64,000 bases of DNA, taken from Eledone cirrhosa. Taxonomy: Eukaryota. Each line of letters starts with the position of its first letter. The first letter of the stretch is position 1. Below are positions 12,978-27,743 of this stretch, one piece after another. The notes under the pieces were generated by a model. The model was not told the origin of the DNA, did not search any database, and saw only the letters and a list, made by a program, of their open reading frames with translations. The stretch spans positions 413,292,001 to 413,356,000 of the forward strand of contig OZ024740.1 in NCBI GenBank assembly GCA_964016885.1, written 5' to 3'. Made by a program: the position numbers and the translations under genes.

Positions 12978-13196
12978 TATATATATATAGTATTAATTAT
13001 ACTATTTATGGTTATGTAAATACAAAAACCTTATGCAGTTATATGTATTTTTTATACAAACCCTAAATAGTGGTAGGCAGTAATGTATTACTACCTTATT
13101 ACCAGTAAGTTAAGTAGCTCAATGTAAAAACATCAGATGCTTTACAGAGCAGTTATATGAAATATAAGAATCAAAGAACTGTTCAAAACATTATTG

Positions 13197-13243
13197 TGCT
13201 TACAGCTGTTTCCTCCAAACCGAGGTTTGGATTCTTCGGAGCA
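13197..13243 (-). ncRNA. Type I hammerhead motif with U4C core change
   Basis: Reverse complement: tgct-CCGAAGA-atccaaacc tc ggtttggag-GAAA-cagctg-TA-agca. Confidence 0.65.
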
Positions 13244-14869
13244 ATTTATTAATGAATGAACAGTTATATGACCTCCTTTTCAGCCAAGAGACATACCGAT
13301 ACATATGCAAATATTGTGGGTGAACATTCATTACAGAATTTAGAGTGGCAGTACACACTTCGAGATTACATTCATATTAAAAGGTACAATCAAAAATCAA
13401 AAATACAGGTTAAAATACATGAAGATAAGCGGTTATATAGTGCAAATGTTACATGTGTGGCAAGCACGTGCGTCTTGTTTATATAGTGTGGCAGAGAGAT
13501 GCGTGTAGTAGAATCACTTAGGTAGGTAAACAAGAGTGTTAGGTTGGTTGATCTGGTGGCAAATTCTTTATATGATTGATATAGTCTGTGTGTGGAGAAA
13601 TGATATAAGCATTAAAAATAGTGCAAGCTTTAAAAATATTAAAAATATAAAAATATTGGAGATGCACAGCGAAGGGATGACAAGTACTTCATGTACTTCG
13701 ACATTTTCATGGTCAGGGGAGTGTATTTATCGATTATATGCCCCTCACATAATCCACGACAATTCGATATTGAGCGTTTGACAATCCAGTTAGTTGGATT
13801 GTCAAACGCTCATGTCGGTATATTCATGGAAATTATATATAATTAACTTATATTCACGGAAATTTGGGACTTGACTCGTTTTACCTCATTTTTCGTTGCT
13901 TCACCATCTTTGTTTGTTTACACTCTCGTGTCCACTTTATTTACGTGTCCCAACGAATTTTTTTAGCCGTTGCTTGCACCAATCGGAGGTATATGGTCTT
14001 TAAAGCGATGAAATACCAATGATGGTTGGAAGATCACTGATGAAGGACTAACTTTATTCATATGTAACCCATGTGCAACCTCGCAGCATGTTTATTCTCA
14101 TATATATATAAATATATATATATTTGTGTGAGAAAAGGTTAAAAAGACAAAATAACACCGGCGAGCATTGCAGTAGAATGTAGGCTTGCTATAGCAGAAA
14201 AGATAAAGTTTCAGCCGTTAGTCTTCCATCGGTTGATAGAAAGATAAAATATAGAAAGACAATAGAGAAAACGAGAATTATTTCTATTTTCTTTCACGGG
14301 GCAAACGTGTGTGAGCTTAGTCAATTATTTTCGAAAATATACATATATGAAATTTGCTGGTAGTGGTTTTAGTTTCTGTTTTTGTTAATGTTATTGTTAT
14401 TTGTTTTCCTTTGATTTTGATTCATCTGTAATGACTACTGAGTACCAACCTGATACTTAGGGCAGGCATCGCTGGTTTTGATAATTTTCGAGAGCTTTTC
14501 TTTTATTTAATGTTCCGTCCAAACATTCACTTAACAATTCACATCACAAACGTTGAATGGTAGAATGAACACAATAAATAACTATAGAATGGTAGAAGGG
14601 GATGAAAAAGGTTTTTAAAAAAAGTATAAAAGTTATGAATTAATTTTGCTTTAATGATATATGAATTAAATATCAATTAAATTTACTATAAAAAATTAAA
14701 CAGAAGACAAAGTATTACGAAGCATGTGGGTGGTACGTGTTAGAATAACATTCGGGTAAAGACCGTTAGATTAGGAAAGAATTTGCCAGCAGAGGCTTAA
14801 TAAGGAGATCCCGCTATAACTAGAACTCTTGTCTCTCATTTTGAAAGATGGGATTATAACTACTGAATG

Positions 14870-15540
14870 CCATTGCTCAGGTACCTTTCCAGAGATCAAA
14901 TCCATCTCCTACACACTTTAGACAGTGAATACATTCACTATTTAAGGCGTTTAACATATCGGGTTTAACTTCATCCTCCGCATTGGCCTTGCCACATTTG
15001 GGCTCTTTAATTTCTCTTGTGACCTCAGCCACCGAGAGGTTAGACGTCGCTCCCAGTTGCCTCACAGGTACATCAGAATAGGATCTTGTGACCAGGTTAG
15101 GGAGATCATCACAGTATGTTCTCCATTTCACAAGGGTACATCCCTCTAAAGAGAGAACAACCACAAATACGTTCTTGATAGCAGACGCGGAGGGGGAATC
15201 TTAATACGATGTCGGTGGATGGTGTACCAAAACACTTTATTTCCTCATCTGAAGTCGGATTCCAGCTTAATCCAAAAGTCCTTCCTTAGTTTACCTTTGA
15301 ATGCATGTACTATCTCTAGTGCGACTGTTCGCGCCTGCATGTACCGTAAATAAGAAGGACTGCTTTCGAAGCCAAGAATTGCAAAACTTTTCTTGTTCGG
15401 ATGGCGCCTTTGATTACATTTTTGTTTCAAGACTTGCCGCTGCAAAGGGGTTAGGCGATCAGCAAAATATTCTCTCCAATTCGCAAGGATTCACTTCCTT
15501 AAAGAGAGAGCACCAGACATGTTCCTAGTGACAGGCGTGG
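14870..15540 (-). mobile_element. Degraded RTE-group LINE fragment (linker/RT start)
   Basis: LSVAEVTREIKEPKCGKANAEDEVKPDML resembles the EV..AI..LK.GKA.G.D.I..EML motif preceding non-LTR RT. Confidence 0.6.
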
Positions 15541-16019
15541 AGGAGGACGTCTTATGAAATAAGCGAATGGTCTGTCAAAACACATTATTTCTCGGCAGAG
15601 CTGTTGTTAGAGTACGGGCGCAAGTGGTGGATAGTGGTACGGCCACCAGATATGATGGTTAAATGTGATATAAGCGGGCTCCATCTAGGTGAATAAGCAA
15701 TTCCAGCCCACTGCAGTAAAATAGTAGGGGAGATTAAGCAATGGGAGACACTGTTAGCTCACAACCCAGTAGTGTAGCTGGAATGAGGAAGGTGGAAAAC
15801 CCTCCTGTAAAATAAAGCTTAGGTTTCGTAGGTCTGAGAAAAGTACCAAATTGATGTCTGCCGCTATTATGACAACCAAAACACTTATATTGCCAGAAAC
15901 CATAAAAGCATCTATAGCACCTCGTTCTTTACACGAAATAACAAGAGGTGCATTCAAGCCATAGTTTTGAGGCCTGTTGGGAAAATATATTGCATTCTCC
16001 ATCCAACGCTGCAAAAACT

Positions 16020-16985
16020 AGCGATCGGCTAGTGACCTGTCAGGGAGACGTGAAATGGACGTAAAAGGGTTCGTATCCCGGGACCACTAAGATAGTCCGG
16101 AAGAGAGCAAACTTTGAGAATTGGTAAATGGAACGTAACATTTCTTACAAGTAAGTACAAGGAACTGAGGGAGGAGGACAGATGATATCGACTATATATA
16201 GCCCGGGTTTCCGCAACAATGTTTCCTGGCTCTAGTACTGTAGATTTGGATGGAGGAAGGAAACACAACTATTTAGGTGGCGCACTAGAAATTGCTTCAC
16301 AGTCAGGAGTAATTATACAGACAAGCCTTCCTGCAGTCAGAAGGTGTTATGTGTTGGAATCTATTGGGAGGGGGGATTTTCTTCTTGAAACTTCAGTTGT
16401 AAGAAAGGTCACTGTGATTCGTGCAATTTTACGTGCCAGAATGTCCATATTCAGGTGCTACCTCGATGAAGATACTGCAGCGTTCGACATAATTAAGATT
16501 GAGTCACATATCCCCATGGGAGTTTTCAATGCATTTGTTGGCACTGACTACCTGATATGGAAAGGAGTAATAACGCTCGATCTAAATATGAATGGGGAAA
16601 CATTACTAGACTTCTGTTATAGTAATGGCTTCTCTGTTAAAAAATCGTCTTCCAGCATAAATATTTCCATCAATGAACATCGTGAAAAGAGGATCGAGGA
16701 CAGAAATCAATAATTTTGTTATTGCATCTCATCACTCCATTCTATGGTGGGTGGTCCTGTTAAGAGATGTCCTCATCTGTTAAGTGATCTCCATCTACTT
16801 ATCTGCAATCTGAGACTTCCTAAAGAAAGAAATACCACGCAGTTTGCTGGTCTAGCTCCACCTATATGATAAAGTGGGAAACGCTGGTGGAAAAGGAATT
16901 CAAGACCAACTATGCAGATATTAGTGCATCCAAATTTAGAGAACTCCCTGAGCAAACTGAAGATGTTGGAACCGAGTGGGAAATG
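16020..16985 (+). mobile_element. Degraded RTE-group LINE, APE endonuclease region
   Basis: LRIGKWNVTFL.. at ~16115, then PGSSTVDLDGG..SGV, MGVFNAFVG (GDFNA-like), NMNGETLLDFC. Confidence 0.7.
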
Positions 16986-16998
16986 TTTATATATATAT

Positions 16999-17033
<35 letters not shown>

Positions 17034-17071
17034 GAGTAAGAGAGAGGAATAACATTCTAATTTTATATTTC

Positions 17072-17118
<47 letters not shown>

Positions 17119-17195
17119 TAGAATTTTATTTCTCGACCTAGCACAGTTGATACATAACTGTAAGTATGCACACGTACATACATTTGTATATATAT

Positions 17196-17237
<42 letters not shown>

Positions 17238-18395
17238 ACACACATATATATATATACATATGCATATGTACGTTTTTTACAAACGAATCGAACATTATTA
17301 TTAATGTTCGATATAATCCATACGTACATATGTTTATGTATATATGTGCGTGTATGTATATATATATGTGTGTGTGTATATACATATGTGCATATATATA
17401 TGTGTGTGCATACTTACATTTATATATATATATAGGCACACACAAACACATATGTTGAGGTGTGCACATATGCACAGTTATTGAATAAAAGGATTCTTAA
17501 ATAAATATAAAGTAATTTCTTTCCAATATTGACAGAGGTTTTATAAACTTACTCAGTAAGTACGCGCATTTGATTTGGTGTCGATTGATGTGCGCGCATG
17601 TGTTTGCAGGATTGTGTATAGCCGAATAAGTTTGCGTTTATGTGCGTTCGTGTTCTTGGGTAATATAAGACATATACAATTATTTATTTTAATAATGATA
17701 GGTAAATTTACTTTGCTTATATATCGGTTACATTCATCTTCATTCCTCTTGAAATATAATGATGTTTACCGATCGAGATAAATCTGTCTCGTTCTTCTGA
17801 TTCAAATGACCTCATTGCCTTCCATTATAGTTGTAAATATTAATTCCTACAAATGTATCAAATGTTTGCTTTGGCTGGGTAAATTCTTTACCGAGAATTC
17901 TAATCTGAAATACAATCAATAAACCATTTGATCTATACAGCGATTTCGCACTTATAATATCCACCGACACTAGAAGCAAACTAAGATTAATAATCCTTTG
18001 AACTGCCTTCAGAACACAGAAAGTGAAGATATCTGCCACGTGGGACGTACAAGTGCAGAACACCTGTGTCAGTAAAATAAATTGGAAATCAAGATGTTCA
18101 ACCCCAATAGACCCGGATCGATAATTTTAATATATATTTAATCAGTTCCATCAGTACAAAAATGACATCACCGTAGAAACTCTGTCTATATAATAGGCTT
18201 TGTCAATCATAGCTATTCGACAAGAAAAGATCTATGTTTAGTCATGAGAACTAATTACACAATATTGTGATGTTTTTTACATGATGATTGCAATTATAAT
18301 GTATGGTATCAAATTAATTTCAGACCTTTCTTGTATCTTTTAAAATATATTATTCACATAGATATGAGACTATATAGAAAGCATTATATTCAAAG

Positions 18396-18581
18396 AGGGC
18401 GGTGGATTGGTAGTATCGGTAGAGGGTCGGACGCCATGCTTTCCAGCATAGTTACGTCCCTTTACGATCTAAGTTCAAATCCCGCCGAGGTTGACTTTGC
18501 CTTTCATCCTTACGGGGTCGATAAAATAAAGTACCAGTAATGCACTGGGTAATTGCTGGCCTTGTGCCTAAAGTAGAAACA
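18396..18581 (+). mobile_element. Full-length tRNA-derived SINE with Nin/Deu-like core and 13-bp TSD; further copies at 50606-50792, 55123-55230, 2150-2232, 21352-21408(-), 39340-39426(-), 62545-62680
   Basis: A-box-like start, B box gttcaaatcc, core gttgactttgcctttcatccttacggggtcgataaaataaagtaccag; TSD attatattcaaag. Confidence 0.85.
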
Positions 18582-18869
18582 ATTATATTCAAAGGAGATG
18601 AGATTTCTCAGATTATGTCAACAAAGATATATACTTATGTAGCGACGGATTAAAATTTGAAATATTTGAAAGAAATATAATTCGCTTTCTAAGGAACAAA
18701 AATTGCATTTATTTTCTTCAGAGAAGCCACATGCAGTGAATGTAGATTCCACGGAGAATATTCAAAAGGAACGAACGTTTCCGAAAAATGAATTAACTAT
18801 TTGTATTTTATAGGATAAGTGAGACTAAAACCTATAGGTGCAGCTTGATGAAAACTTTCCTTTTGCAAT

Positions 18870-18925
<56 letters not shown>

Positions 18926-19004
18926 CATGCATACATGTATACATGCATGCATACATACATACACACATACATATATACATATATACATGATATACATAAT
19001 ATGA

Positions 19005-19590
19005 AAGAGTAGTGGTGGAATGTTTCAGTGAAAACCTCATAACTGACCAGATATAATGATATGGGACAGGCAAAAGAAGGTATGTACAGTAGTGGAAGTT
19101 AGCTGCCCAGCACATGCCAATATGATATCAAAGCTTAGCGAAAAGGAGAATATTTATGCAGAACTGATGAGAAATCTGCAGATACTTCACCCTGATTATA
19201 CCTTCAGATTTATGCATGTGATTATTTGGGCACTGGGGTATGTTAGTAACTGCCTCAATACAAGTCTTGAGAAGCTGGGCTTCACAGGAATAAAAGAAAC
19301 ACATCTAGTTAGGAAATTACAAGTACAATCCATTAATAGAACAGTAAAATTATGTAAAACATTCCAAAAATGTTGCATCTAATAACAGCATATACGCATG
19401 TACAGATAAAAGCATCATACATACAACTCAAAGCATACACATCCACACATACAATAACATCCATATCTACACATGCATGCATGCAGACAAACATACATAT
19501 CTACCTAGCTGATGTTGTGTAAATTCCAATGAGAGAGTCATGTAACTATGTTAGAAACCGACTATCTCTCTCTATTGGCAAACATTTGTG
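19005..19590 (+). mobile_element. 3' fragment of an R4/Dong-type non-LTR retrotransposon (restriction-like endonuclease)
   Basis: HN*PDIMIWDRQKKVCTVVEVSCP..N...K..EKENIYAEL..VII.ALG matches the PD..E RLE motif layout. Confidence 0.75.
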
Positions 19591-19627
19591 AGATTATAAA
19601 ACCAGAAGAACATACATACATACATAT

Positions 19628-20594
19628 ATGGTGGCTGCCAACCCGTTTTCGAGTACGGCCACTACTTTATATCCATGTAGGAGAACCCCTACCGATGCGC
19701 TGAACGAGTGTGACTTTAGTCCAGCCAGCGACTTGAAAACTCTGTTACAAATGCTACACTTGTGACAATTATTGACACATAGTGCTGGGCCTATAGTACC
19801 ATGTGACGACAAGTGCGGAGAGATCTCCAGATATAAAGCAATGCCTGTGCCGTTAAGCTTTTATAGTGAGCAAAGGCACTGCACAAAGCCAGTCCCACTC
19901 TCTTAACCAAGATGATATTTACCAAAAAGAAGAACAAGTCAACATCATTGGATACCATCAGGGTTGCAGGTGTTATATATACATGGTGGCTGCCAACTCG
20001 TTTTCGAGTATGGCCACTACTTTATATCGATGTAGGAGAAACCCTATTGATGCGCTGAACGAGTGTGACTTTTTAGTCCAGCCTGCGACATGAAAACTCT
20101 AGCACAAACACTACACTTGTGACAATTATTGACACATAGTGATGGGCCCATGGTACCATGTGACGACAAGTGCAGAGAGATCTCCAGATATAAAGCAATG
20201 CCTGTGCCGTGAAGCTTTTATAGTGAGCAAAGGCACTGCACAAAGCCAGTCACACTCTCTTAACCAAGATGATATTTATCAAAAAGAAGAACAAGTCAAC
20301 ATCATTGGATACCATCAGGGTTGCAGGTGTTATATCAGAGTTTTCCTTCTCCTAGAATTCTGCCTTGACAAAGGCTAAGGGGTCATCTCTCCCGGTGATT
20401 TTGGATGGCCATTGACTCTTAAGAGCTCCTTTGCCCTTTGACAGGTTTTATTTTTAGTCCTGCAGGATGTCCAAAGTCACCCTCCTCACCAAGAAACCTT
20501 GGTGGGGTTGCCAGTTTAGTCGCCAACGACCCGACCCTGAGACAGGTTGTACTGGGATACATGTTACCAGTAGCACCAACTGGTGACCTGACAC
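19628..20594 (-). mobile_element. Non-autonomous bipartite RTE derivative: ~610-bp unit (19983-20594) plus a tandem 5'-truncated unit (19628-19975)
   Basis: RTE-like 5' UTR (ggcgactaaactggcaacccc) joined to a 3' end encoding C2H2 [17 protein letters not shown]; second copy at 24292-24903. Confidence 0.7.
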
Positions 20595-21756
20595 TATATA
20601 CATACATACATACATACATGCACTTATATCCGTGTGTTACATACATACATACATGCATACATACATACATACATACATACATACATACATACATACATAC
20701 ATACATACATACATACATGCATACATACATACATACATGAACTTATATCCGTGTGTTATTGACGGACGTGTACAAAAGTATTCCATACCGAAATATGGCA
20801 TTTACATATGACATTATATACTTAGTATACTTACTATATGATTTAGAAAGACCTATTGAATTAGGTGCCCCAGCATAGCTGCAGTATACTGACAGATGCA
20901 GATTTGAAAGAATAAATGAAATAATATTAATATATATTTATCAAATGTCATTTTAATCTATTAGAAATGCGGTTATATTACTGTAATGAATACTTCATTA
21001 AATTAACTGATGAATTACTTATTTACTATATTGATATAACAAACCATATCCTAAAGTAAACATTTCAGCATACAACGAAATGTGTAGGTAATATAAAGCC
21101 CTTCAAGATCTCATAATATTCAAAAATAAAATATCGTTAACTTCGGAATATTTGCATTCAGAATAACACAGATTTATAGATATTTCTCGTCTGTTTTCGT
21201 AAACATATAAAAGAATATAAAGAAAACACATTATTTTCAGTGGAATGTTCCTCCTACGTGAGAAGACTGACTGACGTCAGTAAAGTGACGTTACTAGACC
21301 TAACTTTCTTTGCAGTAAAACATTCGATTCGGCAGCGTAGATAAATAATTGTTTCTACTTTTGGCACAAGGCCAGCAACTACCCAGTACATTACTGGTAC
21401 TTTATTTTTAGATAAATAATGATTATTCGCATGTTTTCCCTACACTATTTCAACGATATCTATAATATCTGAAGATTTTATAGTGATGTTATCAATTATA
21501 AATTTCTTTAAATGTGGAATGAAATTTTAAAAAATACATATCCAGATTAATAGCTACTTTTGAATGGCGGAGTGTTTAAGTTATCTGCGTATCAAGTGGG
21601 ATTGGGGTTCGGTACCGCTGCATGGCACTTTAGACAAGTACATTCTACTCTAGCCTTAGATTAACCAATACTTAGTGAGTGGAATTTGATAATACTGAAA
21701 CAGCAGAAGCATGTCGTGATTATATATATATATACACACACACGCACACACATTTA

Positions 21757-21856
<100 letters not shown>

Positions 21857-21984
21857 TATACAAGGAGGGGAGTCTGCTAAGGAACCAGGAGGACCATAAC
21901 GCACCAGAGTACTCGATACTATGGGTAGTAGAGTGGGTAATAGGAAAAGAGTCAGATTAGTTCCGAATTAGCTGTCAAAACGTT

Positions 21985-22460
21985 GAGTTAATGATTTTCC
22001 ATATTTGGGCAGCTGGATGAGTTCATTATATAATGGTATTTACATTGGAATTTCCAAAAACTGGGCTGCAATGAACAATATGGAAAGATATGGAGGTCAT
22101 ATTTACCCAGAAAAATCAGATTATTATTCGTTAGAGCATCCCTCACATAAGCACTTAAGAAGAAAGTAGATTGTGTATACACTAAAATGCTTAGAGTTGT
22201 ACAAAACACAAACTGGTGTCAACGTATTACAAAGTTTATACGTAAACTTGGCCAAGATAACAACTACAATTTTGTATAAACGGTTATGATCTGCAAGGCA
22301 TTGCTGGAGAAATAAAGAGGAAGTTATACACAAGCTACCATTGTCGGAAGCAACTCAAGAGTGACGAAATAGAGGAAAATATGCTCGAACCTTCATCGAC
22401 CAACTCGCAGATGATAAAATCTTCGGTAAGAAGCAGTTGCCTTGAGCAATTGAAAATCGT
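21985..22460 (+). mobile_element. Highly degraded RTE-group RT C-terminal fragment
   Basis: Frame-hopping DFPYLGSW, KIWRSYLPRKIRLL, VYTKMLR, RHCWRNKEEVIHKL, TFIDQL. Confidence 0.6.
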
Positions 22461-22742
22461 GGAGAAACTTTGTCAGGAATCTTCGACTGCCTTGGCAAAG
22501 ATGATAAGGGAGTGGTGTCGGTATTCCAAGTTGTTTCTTCGTACCCGGAATATATTTTGTCCTGCTATTTTTAGCAACCACAGTGGCAGAGAAATCAGTA
22601 TTTTGACCAGAGGAGAAGAGAAAATATATTGAAGTATACACAGCGGTAGAATTAACATTGCATAAATATCCTAAGTATGTATTTAGTAGAGATTCACATG
22701 CAGTTACACAGTAAAGATATATGAACGTAGGCAAGATATACC

Positions 22743-23796
22743 GTGAACGATCATATGTCAACGATCATATGTCAACGTATCATATGTCAACGGTCATATG
22801 TCAACGTATCATATGTCAACGTATCATATGTCAACGATCATATCTCAACGGTCATATGTCAACGTATCATATGCCAACGGTCATATGTCAACGGTCTTAT
22901 GTCAACGTATCATATGTCAACGATCATATCTCAACGTATCATATGTCAACGTATCATATGCCAACGATCATATGTCAACGATCATATACCAACGCATCAT
23001 ATGTCAACGTATCATGTGTCAACGATCGTATGTCAAGGGTCATGTGTCAACGATCATATGTCAACGATCATATGTCAACGATCATATGTCAATGTATCAT
23101 ATGTCAGCGTTTCATGTGTCAACGATCATATGTCAACGGTCATATGTCAACGATCATATGTCACCGATCGTATGTCAACGACCATATGTCAACGATCGTG
23201 TGTCAACGATAATATGACAACGATCGTATGTCAACGTATCATATGTCAACGATCATATGTAAAGGGTCATATGTCAACGTATCATATGCCAACGGTCATA
23301 TGTGAACGATCATATATCAACGTATCATATGTCAACGGCCATATGTCAACGATCATATGTCAACGTATCATATGTCAACGTGTCATATGTCAACGGTCAT
23401 ATGTCAACGATCATATGTCAACGGTCATATGCCAACGTATCATATGTCAGCGTATCATATGTCAACGGTCGTATGTCAACGATCATATGTCAACGATCAT
23501 ATGTCAACGTATCATATGGCAACGTTCGTATGTCAACGATCATATGTCAACGATCATATGTCAACGTATCATATGTCAACGGTCATATGTCAACGGTCAT
23601 ATGTCAACGGTCATATGTCAACGGTCGTATGTCAACGTGTCATATGTCAGCGTATCATATGTCAACGGTCGTATGTCAACGGTCATATGTCAACGATCAT
23701 ATGTCAACGGTCGTATGTCAACGGTCCTATGTCAACGATCATATGTCAACGTATCATATGTCAACGATCATATGTCAACGGTCATATGTCAACGTA
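22743..23796. repeat. Minisatellite of ~70 units TCATATGTCAACG+(A|G|TA), 14/15 bp
   Basis: Directly visible; explains the stop-poor repetitive ORFs in all three + frames. Confidence 0.97.
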
Positions 23797-24057
23797 TGGT
23801 ATCTAAGACACCAAACTAAATAAAACGTAACGTAATATCGACATTTATTCATTATTCCAACAAAGGTCATGTAATCATGTTAAGTTCGTTATCATCACTA
23901 TATGCACTACAATGATGATTGTTATGCTGATTACCCACCTATTTCTTCATCATCTACTGACGTATATACAGAATACCCCCCCCCCCCAATATATACGCAC
24001 TTCAACAGCATTATCATCAAATGTGTATACATTCTTTGGGACCCCCTGTATATATAT

Positions 24058-24104
<47 letters not shown>

Positions 24105-24109
24105 CATAC

Positions 24110-24166
<57 letters not shown>

Positions 24167-24291
24167 CATATATGTTTGCATGTATATATATATATATATA
24201 TATACATACATACATATATGTATGTATATATATATATATATACATACATATATGTATGTATGTATGTATATATGTATATGTATATATATAT

Positions 24292-24903
24292 ATGGTGGCT
24301 GCCAACTCGTTTAAGAGTACGGCCACTACTTTATATCCATGTAGGAGAACCCCTACCGATGCGCTGAACGAGTGTGACTTTTTAGTCCAGCCAGCGACTT
24401 GAAAACCCTAGTACAAACACTACAATTGTGACAATTATTGACACATAGTGCTGGGCCCATGGTACCTTGCGACGACAAGTGCAGAGAGATCTCCAGATAT
24501 AAAGCAATGCTTGTGCTATGAAGATTTTATAGTGAGCAATGGTACTGCACAAAGCCAGTCCCACTCTCTTAACCAAGATGATATTTACCAAAAAGAAGAA
24601 CAAGTCAACATCATTGGATACCATCAGGGTTGCAGGTGTTATATCAGAGTTTTACTTCTCCTAGAATTCTGCCTTAACAAAGGCTAAGTGGTCATCTCTC
24701 CCGGTGATTTTGGATGGCCATTGACTCTTAAGAGCTCCTTTGCCCTTTGACCGGTTTTGTTTTTAGTCCAGCAGGATGTCCAAAGTCACCCTCCTCACCA
24801 AGAAACCCTGGTGGGGTTGCCAGTTCAGTCGCCAACGACCCGACCATGAGACAGGTTGTACTTGGATACATGTTACCAGTAGCACCAAATGGTGACCTGA
24901 CAC
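24292..24903 (-). mobile_element. Second copy of the bipartite RTE derivative
   Basis: Colinear with 19983-20594, with the same ends and internal junction. Confidence 0.75.
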
Positions 24904-24905
24904 AC

Positions 24906-25106
24906 CTGTCTTACCGACCAACATGGTTAAACACAAGCATTCCTTTCTCTCGTTCATCTAGGCGCACACGCACAAGCTTATACACGCGCAAAGGCTAACA
25001 GACACAGGTGCACTCATGCACGCAAACTCACACACACACACATATATATATATACATATATATATATATACATATATATACACATACATATATGTATATA
25101 TGTATG

Positions 25107-25198
<92 letters not shown>

Positions 25199-25395
25199 CA
25201 TATGCATACATACATATATGTATGTGTATAAATATGTATGTATATATATGTATATATATGTGTGTGTGTGTGAGTTTGCGTGCATGGGTGCACCTGTGTC
25301 TGTTAGCCTTTGCGCGTGTATAAGTTTGTGCGTGTGCGCCTAGATGAAAGAGAGAAAGGAATGCTTGTGTTTAACCATGTTGGTCGGTAAGACAG
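24906..25395. repeat. Palindrome with ~115-bp unique outer arms and a (TA)n centre
   Basis: ctgtcttaccgaccaacatggttaaacacaagc.. / ..gcttgtgtttaaccatgttggtcggtaagacag. Confidence 0.92.
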
Positions 25396-26758
25396 ATGCA
25401 CGGACTCAAACATACATACACATTACAAAATAACTCATTAAATCAATAATATAAACTCGTTAGATCACGACCGTAAATATTTCCTGCAATTAATTTCATT
25501 AAATATTTCAAAGAAATATTACAATATGCAACAGAACGGAAGAAATCCAAACGCCTGCGAGTGATTCACTTATTCAACAATGTAACTGAATTGCATATTA
25601 TGAATGAAGAAGAAACATGGTTATAAAACTTAATACAATGACTTTTAATTCAACTAGCACTACTGAGATTGCGGGTGTTTTTTTTTTCTTTTTACATTAC
25701 TTCTGTTTATCATTCATTTGCGTGCGTTGCATATATAGCATCTAATGCAGAAAGACTTGAAATCAGATGGGATTTAAAAACTGAAAATAAATTGTGGTAT
25801 TGAAAATAAAGAAAACAAATCTCAGATCAATTCGACTATATATTGATCTCTCTCATATAAAAAAATAGATCCACTTCAATATTTAATACAAATGGGAAAA
25901 CTAAACTGAAAATATTTAATGCATTTTATTGGTGTTCAACTTGTTATCCCAATACGATATTAGATTGAGAAATGGAGTTGCATTACAGACAGCGGCAGGG
26001 AATTGCTTGGTTGTGTTAGATTTAAATATCATTAGCGTAGTTCATCTGAAAGCGAATAACAACGTCAGAACTATCGAAAATTGAACAATGGAGTATAAAA
26101 AAATAACTATAGATTACTACACAACATGTTTGATAATTAAGGTTATTGTGATGTTAATTTTGTCCCCACTGCTATAACTGAAGAATATCAAACAATCTGT
26201 AGCAGATGACAGAAAGGAATACTAGGAAAATGAATAGCATTAGGGTGAAGAAATGATATAGCTTTATATTGAAATGAGTTGGAAATAAGACATTCATAGG
26301 CATATATAATTATAATCCACTTTAACAATAAAACTATATTACTTCCATTACTAAATAGTTCATGTGGTGATCAATCTTCCATATTAAAATTAGATAAATG
26401 CTATGAAGTTTCTCATGTGATTTTATTAATATAATTTGGGTGTGTACGATTATGAGAATATATATGCAAATGCATATTATATACATATTTATTGTTAACT
26501 AAATCATGAAATTATATTTAAAGATTTCAAATTATTTAAGTAAGCACTTTTGATGTATATAACATTTACCCACAAATGGTATGCCATCGTTCAGTAAGTA
26601 AGTGAAGTATGAAAAGAATGTGACATCGATGCTGTAGAGACTTATTTTAGACAAATTTAAATGCTAACGGTTACTGAAACTAAGATACGTGTTTCTATAG
26701 TAAATAAATAGTTTACACAAATATACATATATATAGATGCATGTGGATAAATGCATTT

Positions 26759-26860
<102 letters not shown>

Positions 26861-26990
26861 ATGTTATGTATAGTATATTTGGCAATATACCGTATGTTTA
26901 ATTAAAAACATGTTGAAGACCTTGCGCTATCATTTTTAAAATAGTGACTATGTCACTTACTTCTCTTTTTCGGCAAAAGAAGTAAGAGAA

Positions 26991-27031
26991 GCTAACAGAG
27001 TCTGTTTCACACTGCTGGTGATCATCAGAGC
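26991..27031 (-). ncRNA. Type I hammerhead (C3-G8 core) in a diverged homologue (26855-27135) of the 320-bp unit
   Basis: Reverse complement: gct-CTGATGA-tcac cagca gtgt-GAAA-cagactctg-TT-agc; outer helix ttttcggcaaa/tttgccgaaaa; flanks align to 9420-9700. Confidence 0.75.
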
Positions 27032-27743
27032 AACGTACTCCGCGCCTTTGCCGAAAATCATAGAAGCTGGATTCTTATAGAATTCCAGTAATAATCAGGA
27101 GCTGATTATACAGAGCGATTGCCGGTCCAGCAAAAAGTAGGTATATATATACACAGAGGTATCCACTGTAAGTTGTGGGGTCTATTCTGTATGAAGAACT
27201 CAATGTAATCCATATGTTGAAAATGTTGTAGGTTAAGATAAATCTCAGAAAGCAATAAAACATTAAAAGGAAAACAGAGTCATGATATAAGTTAAAACAA
27301 TGAAATAAAAAAATCAAGTCATTAGAGATATACTTCACTGCTTTAAGATCGTTTCTAGATGGTGATAATACATTGTATATATACTCAGTTATTGATCTAT
27401 GTAAGTTTAAAGAGAATATTTACTTACATGCATATCATGAAAACAGCTGGTGATATGCATGTAAGTAAATATTCTCCCTATCTGATAGTTTGTAAACTTA
27501 CATAGATCAATAACTGAGTATAGATACAATGTATTATCACCATCTAGAAACGATCGTAAAGCAGTGACTTGATTTTTTATTTCATTGCTTTAACTTATAT
27601 ATATAACAATGATATTAATAAATGGATATTATATTTATAAAACCATATTTATTCTAATATATATATTTCAAGGCTACCAAAACTTTGTACGTTAAGATCT
27701 CCTTCCTGGATATGTTAATATTTATAAAACAAACTTTGTATGG

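Noticed and set aside
22721-23823. Long repetitive ORFs (up to 358 aa) and a CRISPR-like appearance
   Set aside because: By-product of a stop-poor 14/15-bp unit; all frames give the same peptides; no unique spacers or cas genes.
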